From Pedosphaera sp. (GTDB taxonomy: Bacteria; Verrucomicrobiota; Verrucomicrobiia; Limisphaerales; UBA1100), in contig SIAW01000004.1 in NCBI GenBank assembly GCA_009695465.1, positions 1 through 56,333 on the forward strand: a stretch of 56,333 nt of DNA, in the 5' to 3' direction. Within the stretch, counting starts at the first letter, position 1; every line of letters starts with the position of its first letter. The position numbers and the translations under genes were made by a program. A model generated the notes under the pieces. It was not told the DNA's origin and searched no databases. It saw nothing but the letters and a program-made list of their open reading frames with translations. Positions 40,747 to 51,963 of this stretch are shown here, piece by piece.

Positions 40747-41484
40747 GTGCAATGGCAGGCATCATTTCAAAAGCGACTGGGCTACACCTTCCGGCGGCCC
40801 GAGCTCTTGGTGTTGGCACTGACCCATCCCTCGGCGTGCGCGGAACAACAGGGGCCCGCGCAGAGTAATCAACGGCTGGAATTTTTGGGGGACGCCGTGC
40901 TGCAACTGGTGCTCAGCTCGGAGTTGTTCCGGAAATTTCCAGGCCGCGACGAGGGGGGCCTTTCCAAAAACCGCGCGTGGCTCGTCAACGGAGAGACGCT
41001 GGCCGCGCAGGGACGCGTGCTGCGGCTGGGCGAGATTTTAGTGCTCGGCCGGGGTGAAGAAAAATCCGGCGGGCGCGACCGTGACTCTTCGCTGGCCGAC
41101 GCCTTTGAGGCGTTGCTGGGCGCGATCTACATGGATGGCGGCTACACCAAAGCGCGCGCGGTCATCCTGCGGCAGTTCGGCGAGGCGTTGCACGGCGCCG
41201 ACGCCGGGCAATTTGTGGGCAACCCCAAAGGTGAACTGCAGGAATTGGTGCAGGCCAAGTCTGCCGCCGGTCCAGAATATCGGTTGGTGGACACGGTCGG
41301 GCCAGATCATGCCCGCGTTTTTGTCTGTGCCGTGCGGTATCAAGGAGAGGAATTGGCGCGGGGCAACGGCAAAAGCAAAAAGGCTGCGGAGGCTGCAGCG
41401 GCTGCGGCGGCGTTGGAAGTTTTGAGGGGCGCAAAAACGGGGCGCGGCAAAAAACGGTCCACGCCCGCTGCGGGGCACGCTTGA
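40747..41484 (+). CDS. rnc: Ribonuclease III
   Basis: ALTHPS, NQRLEFLGDAVL, ADAFEALLGAIY and a dsRBD (NPKGELQE...G.GKSKK.AE). Confidence 0.96.
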   Translation: MQWQASFQKRLGYTFRRPELLVLALTHPSACAEQQGPAQSNQRLEFLGDAVLQLVLSSELFRKFPGRDEGGLSKNRAWLVNGETLAAQGRVLRLGEILVLGRGEEKSGGRDRDSSLADAFEALLGAIYMDGGYTKARAVILRQFGEALHGADAGQFVGNPKGELQELVQAKSAAGPEYRLVDTVGPDHARVFVCAVRYQGEELARGNGKSKKAAEAAAAAAALEVLRGAKTGRGKKRSTPAAGHA

Positions 41485-41510
41485 CGCCGCCGCCGGCACT
41501 CCATTACGTT
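41481..41510 (+). promoter_or_regulatory. Putative sigma70 promoter for clpP-clpX
   Basis: TTGACG-N18-TACGTT, ending 21 nt before the clpP ATG. Confidence 0.4.
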
Positions 41511-41531
41511 GCTGCGGGGGATTTTTAGATT

Positions 41532-42182
41532 ATGGCAGGCCAAGTATTTCAGAACAACTATCTCATCCCGCACGTGGTCGAGCAGACCGGGCGCGGGGAA
41601 CGCGGCTACGACATCTTCTCGCGGCTACTGGTGGATCGCATCATCTTTCTGGGCACCGCGATTGACGACCAGGTGGCCAACGTGGTGATCGCCCAGATGC
41701 TTTTCTTGCAGATGACCGATCCCAAGAAGGACATCCATCTCTACATCAACTCGCCCGGCGGCCATGTCACCAGCGGCTTGGCGGTGTATGACACCATGCA
41801 GTTCCTCACCTGCGACGTGAACACGTACTGCATCGGGCAGGCGGCCAGCATGGGCGCGGTGTTGCTGGCCGGCGGCACGAAGGGCAAACGCTTCTCGCTG
41901 CCCAACGCCAACATCATGATCCATCAAGTGCTCGGCGGCGCGGAAGGTCAGGCCACGGACATGGAGATTCGCGTGCGCCACATGTTGGAATTGAAGAAGC
42001 GGCTCAACGGCATTCTCGCCAAGCACACGGGCCGTACGGTTGCGGAGGTGGACAAGGCTTGCGACCGCGACAATTTCATGGCCGCGCAAGACGCCAAGGA
42101 TTTTGGTTTGGTGGACGAAGTGGTGCAGTCGCGCAAACAGTTGCCGTCACTGCCGGAGAAGTCATCAGTGGACCTGAAATAA
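41532..42182 (+). CDS. clpP: ATP-dependent Clp protease proteolytic subunit
   Basis: Motifs [22 protein letters not shown] (Ser), MIHQ (His) and DRDNFM. Confidence 0.97.
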   Translation: MAGQVFQNNYLIPHVVEQTGRGERGYDIFSRLLVDRIIFLGTAIDDQVANVVIAQMLFLQMTDPKKDIHLYINSPGGHVTSGLAVYDTMQFLTCDVNTYCIGQAASMGAVLLAGGTKGKRFSLPNANIMIHQVLGGAEGQATDMEIRVRHMLELKKRLNGILAKHTGRTVAEVDKACDRDNFMAAQDAKDFGLVDEVVQSRKQLPSLPEKSSVDLK

Positions 42183-42191
42183 TTTCTCAAT

Positions 42192-43466
<1,275 letters not shown>

Positions 43467-43523
43467 CCGGACACGCTCGCCGGACTTGGCGCGCGCGAGG
43501 TTTTCCACTAGGGTTTGCCGCCC

Positions 43524-44699
43524 ATGACCGCTGCCGTTGACCGTTTGATCGCCGATCACGTCCAGGCCATCCCGCCTTCGGGCATCCGCGAATTTTTTGA
43601 CCTTGTGCAGGCGCAGAAGGACGTCATCTCGCTGGGCGTGGGCGAGCCGGACTTCGCCGCACCGTGGCGCGTTCGCGAAGCGGCCATCTACGTGCTGGAA
43701 CGCGGCCGCACCAGTTACACTTCCAATCTGGGCTTGCTGAAATTGCGCGAGGCCATCGCGGGTTATGTCGGCGAGCATTTCCACGTGAACTACGATCCGG
43801 CCGAAGAGATTCTCATCACCGTGGGCGTGAGCGAAGCGCTGGACTTGGCGTTGCGCGCGCTGATCAATCCCGGCGACGAGGTCATCTATCACGAGCCGTG
43901 TTACGTGAGCTACGCGCCGTCCATCGCGCTGGCGCACGGGGTACCGGTGCGCGTGTCCTGCACGGCCGAGAGCGGCTTCAGCGTCACCGCCCAAGCCATC
44001 GAGGCGGTCATCACGCCCAAGAGCAAGGTGCTGGTGTTAAATTTCCCGACCAACCCGACGGGCGGCACGATGACGCGCGCGGAGTTGCTGGCAATCGCCG
44101 AGGTGGTGACACGCCATAATCTCATCGTCATCACGGACGAGATCTACGCCGAGCTGACCTTCGAGGGCGAACACGTGAGCATCGCCGCACTGCCGGGCAT
44201 GCGAGAGCGCACACTTTTTCTGCACGGATTTTCCAAGGCGTACGCTATGACGGGATTTCGTTTGGGCTACGCCTGCGGCCCGGCGGGATTGATCGGCGCG
44301 CTCAATCGCATCCACCAATACAGCATGCTGTGCGCGAGCATCATCAGCCAGGAAGCGGCGGTCGAGGCCATCCTTCACGGCGGCGATGCTGTGGCGCAGA
44401 TGCGCGAGCAGTATCGGCAGCGGCGCAATTTGATGGTGGCCGCGTTCCGCGCGATGGGGCTGCAATGCCACCTGCCGCGTGGCGCGTTCTACGCTTTCCC
44501 CAACGTGCAGACCAGTGGGCTGGATTCAAAAACGTTCGCGCTGCGATTATTGCAGGAAGAAAAAGTGGCGTGCGTGCCCGGCACGGCGTTCGGCCCCACC
44601 GGCGATGGTTTCCTGCGTTGCTGCTTTGCCACGGCGCTGGACCGCATCGAAGTGGCGATGGAGCGGATGGATCGTTTCGTGAAACGAATGAAGGGCTGA
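43524..44699 (+). CDS. Aminotransferase class I/II (PLP-dependent)
   Basis: Motifs SLGVGEPDF, NFPTNPTG, DEIY and GFSKAYAMTGFRLGY. Confidence 0.9.
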   Translation: MTAAVDRLIADHVQAIPPSGIREFFDLVQAQKDVISLGVGEPDFAAPWRVREAAIYVLERGRTSYTSNLGLLKLREAIAGYVGEHFHVNYDPAEEILITVGVSEALDLALRALINPGDEVIYHEPCYVSYAPSIALAHGVPVRVSCTAESGFSVTAQAIEAVITPKSKVLVLNFPTNPTGGTMTRAELLAIAEVVTRHNLIVITDEIYAELTFEGEHVSIAALPGMRERTLFLHGFSKAYAMTGFRLGYACGPAGLIGALNRIHQYSMLCASIISQEAAVEAILHGGDAVAQMREQYRQRRNLMVAAFRAMGLQCHLPRGAFYAFPNVQTSGLDSKTFALRLLQEEKVACVPGTAFGPTGDGFLRCCFATALDRIEVAMERMDRFVKRMKG

Positions 44700-44717
44700 G
44701 TTTCCTCAGCCCTTCAT
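44688..44717. terminator. Perfect hairpin between the convergent aminotransferase and dnaA genes
   Basis: ATGAAGGGCTGAG-TTTC-CTCAGCCCTTCAT forms a 13-bp stem. No clear U-tract. Confidence 0.55.
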
Positions 44718-44746
44718 CCACCAACCCCTTGCGCTAGGCGCGACGC

Positions 44747-46171
44747 CTATCGCAACAATAGTTTCTCCAGGTAATTGACCGTCTGCCGGACGTTCGCATC
44801 AATCTCCATCCGGTCGCGCACAAGACGGCAAGCGTGCAGCACCGTGCCGTGATCGCGTCCGCCGTACGCCTCGCCAATGGCGCTGAGCGAATGATCGGTG
44901 AGCTGGCGCGAGAGGAACATCGCGACCTGCCGCGGGAAGGCGATGTTTTCCGGGCGGCGCTTGCTCGTCATGTCCGCCAAGCGGATGTCGTACTTCTCAG
45001 CGACCTTTTTCTGGATGAACTCGATGGTGATGGTGTGACGGCCTTCTTCCTGCAGGATTTCGCGCAGCAGATTTTCCACCATGTCATTGGTCAGATCCTT
45101 GCCGGTCAGATGGGCATAGGAAGCCACACGAATCAGCGCGCCTTCCAAGCGGCGAATGTTGGTGCGGATGCGATTGGCCAAGAACTGCAGCACTTCCTCG
45201 GGCAACGCCACGCCCATCGTCTTCACCTTGTTGCGCAGGATCGCCAAGCGCGTCTCCACATCCGGCGGCTGCAGATCGGTGACCAAACCCCATTCAAAGC
45301 GCGACACCAAACGATGCTCCAGATTCTGGATCTCGCTCGCCGGCCGGTCGCAGGTGAGGACGATCTGTTTGCGCGCCTCGTGCAACGCGTTAAACGTGTG
45401 GAAAAACTCCTCCTGAATCCGCTCTTTGCCGGCGAGGAACTGGATGTCGTCAATCAATAGCACGTCGGTCTGGCGATACTTCTTGCGGAACTTGACGAGC
45501 TGATTGTCCTGAATGGCTGCGATGTACTCGTTGGTGAATTTCTCCGAGGACAGATAGGTAACCTTGGCGGCCTTTTTGTTCTCCGCCACATGTTGGCCGA
45601 TGGCGTGCAGCAAGTGCGTCTTGCCCAGCCCCGTGCCGCCGTAGAGGAAAAGCGGATTGTAAGACTTGCCCGGCTGCTGTGATACCGCCAGCGCCGCCGC
45701 ATGCGCAAAGCTGTTGTTGTTGCCCACCACGAACGTCTCGAAGGTGTTGCGGGGGTTAAACACCGTATCGGGGTCCGGCAATTTCTTGGGTGCAAGCGTC
45801 GTCGGCACGCCGGCAGCCGCTTTGGCGACGTGGTTATGATTGTTCGTCGCCACCGCTCCCGGTGTCAGTCGGTTGGGCGCCGCTGGCGCGGCCTGCCCCG
45901 GCAGCGCCGGCGCCACCAAATCGGGGGCCACCTTGAACTTGATCTGCAACTTGCGACCAGTCGATTGGGTGAGCGAGTCCTGCAACAGTTGCAGGTAGTT
46001 GTCCTTGAGCCAGACTTCGGAGAAGTCGTTGGGAACCTCAAGGGTGATGGAGGTCTGGTTCAGCATCACCGGGCGGATGGAGGTGAACCAGAGGTTGTAT
46101 GTCTCGTTATTGAGAACGGTGCGGAGCTGCTTTTGCGCCCGGATCCAGATTGTTTCGGCTGATGCCTGCAT
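44747..46171 (-). CDS. dnaA: Chromosomal replication initiator protein
   Basis: Motifs YNPLFLYGGTGLGKTH, LLIDDIQF, QEEFFHTFN, NIRRLEG and domain IV GGRDHGTVLHA. Confidence 0.98.
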   Translation of the reverse strand: MQASAETIWIRAQKQLRTVLNNETYNLWFTSIRPVMLNQTSITLEVPNDFSEVWLKDNYLQLLQDSLTQSTGRKLQIKFKVAPDLVAPALPGQAAPAAPNRLTPGAVATNNHNHVAKAAAGVPTTLAPKKLPDPDTVFNPRNTFETFVVGNNNSFAHAAALAVSQQPGKSYNPLFLYGGTGLGKTHLLHAIGQHVAENKKAAKVTYLSSEKFTNEYIAAIQDNQLVKFRKKYRQTDVLLIDDIQFLAGKERIQEEFFHTFNALHEARKQIVLTCDRPASEIQNLEHRLVSRFEWGLVTDLQPPDVETRLAILRNKVKTMGVALPEEVLQFLANRIRTNIRRLEGALIRVASYAHLTGKDLTNDMVENLLREILQEEGRHTITIEFIQKKVAEKYDIRLADMTSKRRPENIAFPRQVAMFLSRQLTDHSLSAIGEAYGGRDHGTVLHACRLVRDRMEIDANVRQTVNYLEKLLLR

Positions 46172-46593
46172 ATTCGGTTGGTGACTGGGCTACTTACTCT
46201 GCAATTTATTCACGTGCCACTCTGGCAACAGGTGGCTGATATTTCAGCGCACCCCGATCTCTCCTCACGGAAAGATCCGTTTTCCAAAAACTCGCGACCA
46301 ATGAACGTCAGCAATGCCCTCAAACCGATTGTTTCCAACAGGTTGGGCGCTTCTGCGCCGCTGGTCCGCACCCACAAGCAATCTGCCTGATGCAGGCTTA
46401 CCTGGGACGCGGCGCCATGTGTATGGCAATCAATCTGAGCTTCACAGTTCAAGATGTTATCTTTTGTTCACGGGTTCTTCACACAGCCAATTCAGGCTGC
46501 GAAAAACAATTCTTAAAACACCCGCTTTGGCCGCCGTGCGCCAGCATTGTTCGCATCTGTCGCGCGGATTTGTAAATCAATGCGGAGATCAAT
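46172..46593. promoter_or_regulatory. dnaA upstream region with degenerate DnaA-box-like 9-mers (autoregulatory region or possible oriC part)
   Basis: About 420 bp, AT-enriched, no credible ORF. TTATTCACG at 46206, TTGTTCACG at 46464 and TTCTTCACA at 46475. Confidence 0.4.
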
Positions 46594-46845
46594 TCAGATG
46601 GCCGCATTGCCGGTTTCGCTGGTGCGGATATGGAGGGCGCTCTCGATGCGGCTGACAAAATCCAATTTCAGTTTCGGCAGAAAATCCACCGCATACTCGC
46701 TCCCCCGATAAATCTCCGCGTGCCCTTTCTGGCGGCCAAATCTTTTAACCTCGCTGACCGTCAATCCCGCGACGCCGGTCGCCGTCAAAGTGGACTTCAC
46801 TTCTTCCAGCTCGAACGGTTTGATAATGGCATCGATGCGCTTCAT
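46594..46845 (-). pseudogene. glnB: P-II nitrogen regulator with in-frame internal deletion (83 aa)
   Basis: MKRIDAIIKPF...FGRQKGHAEIYRGSEYAVDFLPK...IRTSETGNAAI. Lacks about 29 aa, including the B-loop TGxxGDGKI. Confidence 0.75.
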
Positions 46846-46983
46846 GACGGTCAGGTTACTGGACGCGATGTTAACAACCGGCCCCTTGCTGTAAACAGGG
46901 AAAGTGAAATCAATTTGTTGAGCACCCGCGCGGACACGCAGTCGGCGCTCGACACGCAGCGTCAGCTTGCGAAACATCCGCGC

Positions 46984-48072
46984 GTGGGTTGGTTTTATCG
47001 CACAGTGTTGCGTCCGGGATTGTTCCTCCAAGATTCGGAACGCGCCCATGACCGCGTGCTGCGCTGGCTGGCGTGGCTGTCGCAGCATCCCCGTTGCGCC
47101 GCACTGGCAACAGCGGGACTGCGCGCGCCGGAATTGCCGGTGGAAGTGGGCGGCCTGCGTTTCCCCAATCCCATCGGTCTCGCTGCGGGCATGGACAAAG
47201 GCGCGGTGGCCGTGCCGATGTGGTCGCGCTTGGGATTTGGTTTTGCCGAATTGGGCGGCGTCACGCAGCACGCGCAGCCGGGCAACGATGCCCCGCGCAT
47301 GTTTCGCGCAGTGGCCGATCGCGCGCTGGTCAATCGCATGGGCTTCAACAATCCCGGTGCGGCGACCGTGGCCGCGCGGCTTGCGCAGTGGCAACAGCGC
47401 AGGTTGTGGCCAGCGCATCCAGTGGGCATCAATCTCGGAAAATCCAAAGTCACCGCACTGGAAAATGCGGCAGCGGATTACGCGTCGTCGTTTCGGGCGC
47501 TGTTGCCGCACGCGGACTTCTTCGTCATCAACGTCAGTTCGCCCAACACGCCGGGCTTGCGGCAACTGCAGGACAAATCGGCACTGGCAGAAATCATCGC
47601 AGCACTCCGCGCCGTGGATGCAACAAAACCGCTGTGGGTCAAAGTCGCGCCGGATCTGGAGTGGGCGGCCGTTGATGAGCTGACAGCACTGGCGTTGGAT
47701 TGCGGCTTGGCCGGCGTGGTGGCCACCAACACCACACTCGCGCGGCCAGAAACCCGCGATCCCGCGCGGGCGCAGGTGTACGCACAGACTGGCGGGCTTA
47801 GCGGGGCGCCGTTGCGTGCGCGCAGCACGGAGATCATCCGGCACATCCATCGCAGTGCGCAGGGCAGACTGCCGATCATCGGGGTCGGCGGGGTGTTCAA
47901 CACCGAGGATGCGTGGGAGAAAATCACCGCCGGTGCCAGTCTCGTGCAGATTTACACCGGCCTTGTGTACGAAGGCCCGGCCATCGCCCGCGATATTGTC
48001 ACCGGCTTGCAGCGGAAGCTTACCGAACGAGGTATGAAAAACTTGCGCGACGCCGTCGGCACCGGCGCGTGA
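46984..48072 (+). CDS. pyrD: Dihydroorotate dehydrogenase (quinone)
   Basis: Motifs NPIGLAAGMDK, NRMGFNN, INVSSPNTPGLR, KVAPD and GGLSG. GTG start assumed at 46984. Confidence 0.95.
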   Translation: MGWFYRTVLRPGLFLQDSERAHDRVLRWLAWLSQHPRCAALATAGLRAPELPVEVGGLRFPNPIGLAAGMDKGAVAVPMWSRLGFGFAELGGVTQHAQPGNDAPRMFRAVADRALVNRMGFNNPGAATVAARLAQWQQRRLWPAHPVGINLGKSKVTALENAAADYASSFRALLPHADFFVINVSSPNTPGLRQLQDKSALAEIIAALRAVDATKPLWVKVAPDLEWAAVDELTALALDCGLAGVVATNTTLARPETRDPARAQVYAQTGGLSGAPLRARSTEIIRHIHRSAQGRLPIIGVGGVFNTEDAWEKITAGASLVQIYTGLVYEGPAIARDIVTGLQRKLTERGMKNLRDAVGTGA

Positions 48073-48081
48073 TGCCGGTGT

Positions 48082-48732
48082 CTATCTTCCCACCAGCGCG
48101 CGCTGGATTTCGGCGATGATACGCGCGCTCGTCTGCTCGGGGCTTTCTCCGGAATTATCAATGATGCGCGCGCCCTCGGCGATTTTCAGTGGGGCGACGG
48201 CGCGCTGGCTGTCCTTCTGATCTCGCGCAGCCAGGTTTTCCTGAACCCCATCGGCTTCGCGCCGGCGCTGGCGCTCGGCCGGATTGGCATCGAGATAGAA
48301 TTTGTAGGGTGTCTCCGGGAAAATATTGCTGCCGATGTCCCGGCCTTCCATCACCAAATGTCCAAAGCGCGCGCAGTCGCGCTGATGCAGTTTCATCCAG
48401 TGCCGCACCTCCGGCACGGCGGCGACGTGCGGCACGGCGGCGCTGACTTCGGCCGTGCGGATTTCCGCTTCCGGAAAATATCCGTCCACCAACAATCGCA
48501 CGTGACCTTCCACGCAGACCAGTTCGGCGCGCCACTCGCGGCAGACTTGGGCCACGGCTGATTCCTCGCGCACGGGCACGCCTCGTTGCAGGCAGTGCCA
48601 CGCCAGCGTGCGGTACATCGCGCCGGTGTCCACGTAAGTGTAGCCCAGCTTGCGCGCGATGAGCCGTGCGTTGGTGCTCTTGCCGCTGGCGCTGGGGCCA
48701 TCAATGGCGATGATGATGGGTGCCGTGTTCAT
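48082..48732 (-). CDS. cmk: Cytidylate kinase
   Basis: Motifs IAIDGPSASGKST, DTGAMYR, MEGRDIG and RD..DSQR..APL. Confidence 0.95.
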   Translation of the reverse strand: MNTAPIIIAIDGPSASGKSTNARLIARKLGYTYVDTGAMYRTLAWHCLQRGVPVREESAVAQVCREWRAELVCVEGHVRLLVDGYFPEAEIRTAEVSAAVPHVAAVPEVRHWMKLHQRDCARFGHLVMEGRDIGSNIFPETPYKFYLDANPAERQRRREADGVQENLAARDQKDSQRAVAPLKIAEGARIIDNSGESPEQTSARIIAEIQRALVGR

Positions 48733-49994
48733 GCGGCCAATTCGGATTGGGTCAGCGCGGCGCGCGTGTGGCCGTGGCGGATGATGGCTCCCAAACCTGC
48801 GGGCGGTTCCGCCGCGAGCTTCTGGAAAAAATTGGGAAACGTCTTCTGCACACAGGCGGGATTGCGCAGGCGGATGCCCGGCACTTTTAGTCCGAGCAAC
48901 GCGAAGCACATCGCCACGCGATGATCGTTGTACGTCTCGATCTCCGCGCCGTGCAATTGCGACGACGGCTCGACCGTCAGCGTGTCGTCGTCCTCAATCA
49001 CCTTCGCGCCGCATTTGGTAAGCTCCGTGCGCAGCGCGACGACGCGTTCGCATTCCTGCACGCGCAGTCGCGACAGATGCGTGAAGCGCACCGGGCGCGT
49101 GCCCAGCGGCGCCAGCACGATGGCCGTCATGATGCTGTCGCCCAGATCCGTCAGGCGCGACACCTCCGCCGGCAGTTTGAGGAAGCGCGGGAAGTCCGCG
49201 TCAATCTGCATGCCCGTCATCGGCCAGTGCGCCACCTCCACCGATTCTTTGAAAAGATTCACGCCCCAGAAATAACTGCCGCTGGACGCATCGGGTTCCA
49301 CGACGTACACGCCGCCGTGATTGGGAAACTGTCGCACCATGCGCTGCGTCATCTGCACGTAGGGCGCTTCATCAATGTTGGCGATGCCCGGCTCGACCAA
49401 CCACTGGCCGCGTGGCGCAGCAAGCAATAATGCCGAGGCGAATTGCGAACTGTCCCGCACGCTGACATTGCAAAAAGCGTTGCGCGGGCCGCTGCCGTGG
49501 ATGAGCGCGGGCAGCCGGTCCTCGGTGGCGTCCACGCGATAGCCCAGTTGGCGCAGCGCGTGGAAAAGTTCGGACTGCGGCCGCTGGTGCATCCGCTCCG
49601 TGCCGTGCAGGCGATAAACACCGTGGCCCAGACAGACCAGCGCCGCCAGAAATCGCGCCACGGTGCCGGCGTTGCCCACGAAAAGTTCCAGCGGCTTTTC
49701 TGGCGTGCCGGCGGCGGGGATGCGCCCGCTCTGTCCGTGAACGATGATGGTGCGATTGGCCGGCTCGGTCGCTTCGGGCCGCACCTCCACCGCAAAACCC
49801 AGTTGGCTCAACGCCTCCACCATCACCTGCGTGTCCTCGCTCCACAACGCGCCGATGAGCGTGACGGGTGCATCGGCCAACGCCGCCAGCACCAGCGCGC
49901 GGTTGGTGATGCTCTTGGAGCCGGGCACGGTGACGTGAGCGGAGAGCGCCGGGCCGGACAGCGGTTCAATTTCGATGAGGTCGGGCAGCGGCAT
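48729..49994 (-). CDS. aroA: 3-phosphoshikimate 1-carboxyvinyltransferase (EPSP synthase)
   Basis: Motifs PGSKSITNR, GNAGT, SSQFASALL, LRVQECER, DHRVAM and KTFPNFF. Confidence 0.93.
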   Translation of the reverse strand: MPLPDLIEIEPLSGPALSAHVTVPGSKSITNRALVLAALADAPVTLIGALWSEDTQVMVEALSQLGFAVEVRPEATEPANRTIIVHGQSGRIPAAGTPEKPLELFVGNAGTVARFLAALVCLGHGVYRLHGTERMHQRPQSELFHALRQLGYRVDATEDRLPALIHGSGPRNAFCNVSVRDSSQFASALLLAAPRGQWLVEPGIANIDEAPYVQMTQRMVRQFPNHGGVYVVEPDASSGSYFWGVNLFKESVEVAHWPMTGMQIDADFPRFLKLPAEVSRLTDLGDSIMTAIVLAPLGTRPVRFTHLSRLRVQECERVVALRTELTKCGAKVIEDDDTLTVEPSSQLHGAEIETYNDHRVAMCFALLGLKVPGIRLRNPACVQKTFPNFFQKLAAEPPAGLGAIIRHGHTRAALTQSELAA

Positions 49995-49995
49995 G

Positions 49996-50862
49996 TCAGG
50001 CTTTGCGTTGAAGCCAGTCGGCGCGCAGCTTTTGTCCGCGGGCAAAAAATTGTTCCAACGCCTGCGTGTCGCCGCGCCCCAATGCCTGTCGCAGCGCGCC
50101 CAACTCATCGGCCAATTCGCCCAGCGCTTGATCAATGGACTCGCGGTTGGCCAGCGCGATGTCGCGCCACATCGCGACGGAGCCATCGGCCAGCCGTGTG
50201 GTGTCGCGAAATCCTGTCGCGCAAAAATCAGACTGCCCGTTCACCGCGCGGCCCAGCACGGTGTTGACCAGCGCCGTGGCCACCGCGTGCGGCAGATGGC
50301 TGGCGCGCGCGACCAGCCTGTCGTGCTCCTCCGGGGAAAGATGGACGGGACGCGCGCCCAGCGCTCGCCAGAAAGTTTCCACGGTTGCAACCGCGGCGGG
50401 ATTGGTTTTCGGCGTGGCCGTCACGGCGCAGACCGCGCCTTCAAACAAATCGGCGCGCGCGTGGGCGACGCCTGTCTTTTCAGAGCCGGCCATCGGATGG
50501 CTGCCCACAAATTGCGGCAGCACAGTTTCCAGTTCCGCCACCACGCTGCCTTTGACACTGCCGACATCGGTGACGATTGCGTCGGCGCGCAGATGCGGGC
50601 GCAGTTGCTGCGCCAGTTCGCGCATCTGTCCCACGGGGGTGCACAGGATGACGAGCGCGGCATCGGTCACGGCGGCCGCCAAATCTTGCGTGGCCTCATC
50701 CACTGCGCCCGCGGCGAGGCATTCGGCAATCTGTTCCGGACGGCGCACGTAACCGGTCACGTGCCGGGCGATGTGGCGTTGGCGGACGGCCAATCCAATG
50801 GAGCCACCGAGCAAGCCGACACCCACGACCGTGATTTTGGGTAGATCCACCGCGGACATCAT
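49996..50862 (-). CDS. tyrA: Prephenate dehydrogenase
   Basis: Motifs GVGLLGGS, TDVGSVK, GSHPMAGSE, HD...A..SHLPH and GFRDTTR. Confidence 0.92.
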   Translation of the reverse strand: MMSAVDLPKITVVGVGLLGGSIGLAVRQRHIARHVTGYVRRPEQIAECLAAGAVDEATQDLAAAVTDAALVILCTPVGQMRELAQQLRPHLRADAIVTDVGSVKGSVVAELETVLPQFVGSHPMAGSEKTGVAHARADLFEGAVCAVTATPKTNPAAVATVETFWRALGARPVHLSPEEHDRLVARASHLPHAVATALVNTVLGRAVNGQSDFCATGFRDTTRLADGSVAMWRDIALANRESIDQALGELADELGALRQALGRGDTQALEQFFARGQKLRADWLQRKA

Positions 50863-50928
50863 GAGGTTGGGTTGAGCTTCTTTCAAAGTCCAAATTGCGC
50901 GGTGCGTCCTGCCCCGCCGTTGGCCCAA

Positions 50929-51804
50929 TCAAGCGACGGCCATCTCACGCACGCGTTCCAGAATCACTTCGGGCAGATGCGGTTCATCGCCAATGGCGCG
51001 GGTGTACCACAACCATTTGCCGTGACGCTCGGTGGGATTGTTCCACGTGGGTTGGCCGGCGGCCAATCGTTGCGCGACCGTCGCGGGCGATTCGCCCAGC
51101 AGCACGGGGATGTCCTCCACGGTGTGCAATCCGTCCGCGATGAAGAAGGGCACCAGCACGAGATGGCGTTGGGCGCTCATCGCGTAGCAGTCTTTGATGA
51201 ACGGCGCTTCTTCCATGAACACGGCATGCGCCTCTGCGTACTCGCCGCGGCGGCGGATGAGTTCCACCTGCGCCTCGATGGCCTCGCGCGACCGCCGGTT
51301 TTTCCCCGTGCCATGCCCGGCGATGAAGAGCGCGGTCTGGCTAGGCTCTGGGGCGTGCGGGAAGGGATGGGTCTGGACAATCTCCCGGGCGCGCCCCAGC
51401 AGCACATCGGTCATGCTCGGGTGCGTGCCGATGGGGTGACAATAGTGGACGCGTGTGCCGCCCAACTCCTGTACGCGCGCGTAATGACATTCATCGGCGG
51501 GACAGTCGCACTTGCCACGACGGCACAGGCCCAGTTGTTGCGGGATGGTGTCCTCGGTGAAATGCCCTTCGCTGATGGTGATGGGCACCACAAAGACCCG
51601 TGCGACCCGCGCGGCGATGAGGGCAGCGAGTGCCGGAGCAATCTTGGGCGTCTCCAGATTGTACGCCGTGCTGACCTGCGCGAACACTCCGCGCGCGCTC
51701 AGAATGTCGGCCAGCCGTTTGGTGGGCGCGCTGGACTGCGCGTTGACGGTGGACCCGTGCGCCACCAGCACCAAGGCTGAATCTGATAAATCATGGACAA
51801 ACAC
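50929..51804 (-). CDS. CbiX/SirB-family tetrapyrrole chelatase-like protein
   Basis: Two repeats (VLVAHGS...VVP..ISEGHFT..IP and IAGHGT...VPFFIADGLHT.EDIP) with a Cys cluster between them. Start uncertain. Confidence 0.75.
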   Translation of the reverse strand: MFVHDLSDSALVLVAHGSTVNAQSSAPTKRLADILSARGVFAQVSTAYNLETPKIAPALAALIAARVARVFVVPITISEGHFTEDTIPQQLGLCRRGKCDCPADECHYARVQELGGTRVHYCHPIGTHPSMTDVLLGRAREIVQTHPFPHAPEPSQTALFIAGHGTGKNRRSREAIEAQVELIRRRGEYAEAHAVFMEEAPFIKDCYAMSAQRHLVLVPFFIADGLHTVEDIPVLLGESPATVAQRLAAGQPTWNNPTERHGKWLWYTRAIGDEPHLPEVILERVREMAVA

Positions 51805-51963
51805 CGCGTTTTCAAATAGCGTACCGGCTCTCCAACTGCAAGAGCAGCCAGCAGTCTGGATGGTGAACAGGCGTAACACAGGCTGAAAGGCCGGCGTCTT
51901 GGCTCCGTCCAGAAGGTTGGACCACTAGCAGTAAACAACCAAACAACCCCAAAACCCCCATAC

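Noticed and set aside
46594-47850. 418-aa ORF suggesting a large P-II fusion protein
   Set aside because: The N-terminal ~335 aa are mostly antisense to pyrD. The P-II similarity begins at its own ATG (46845).
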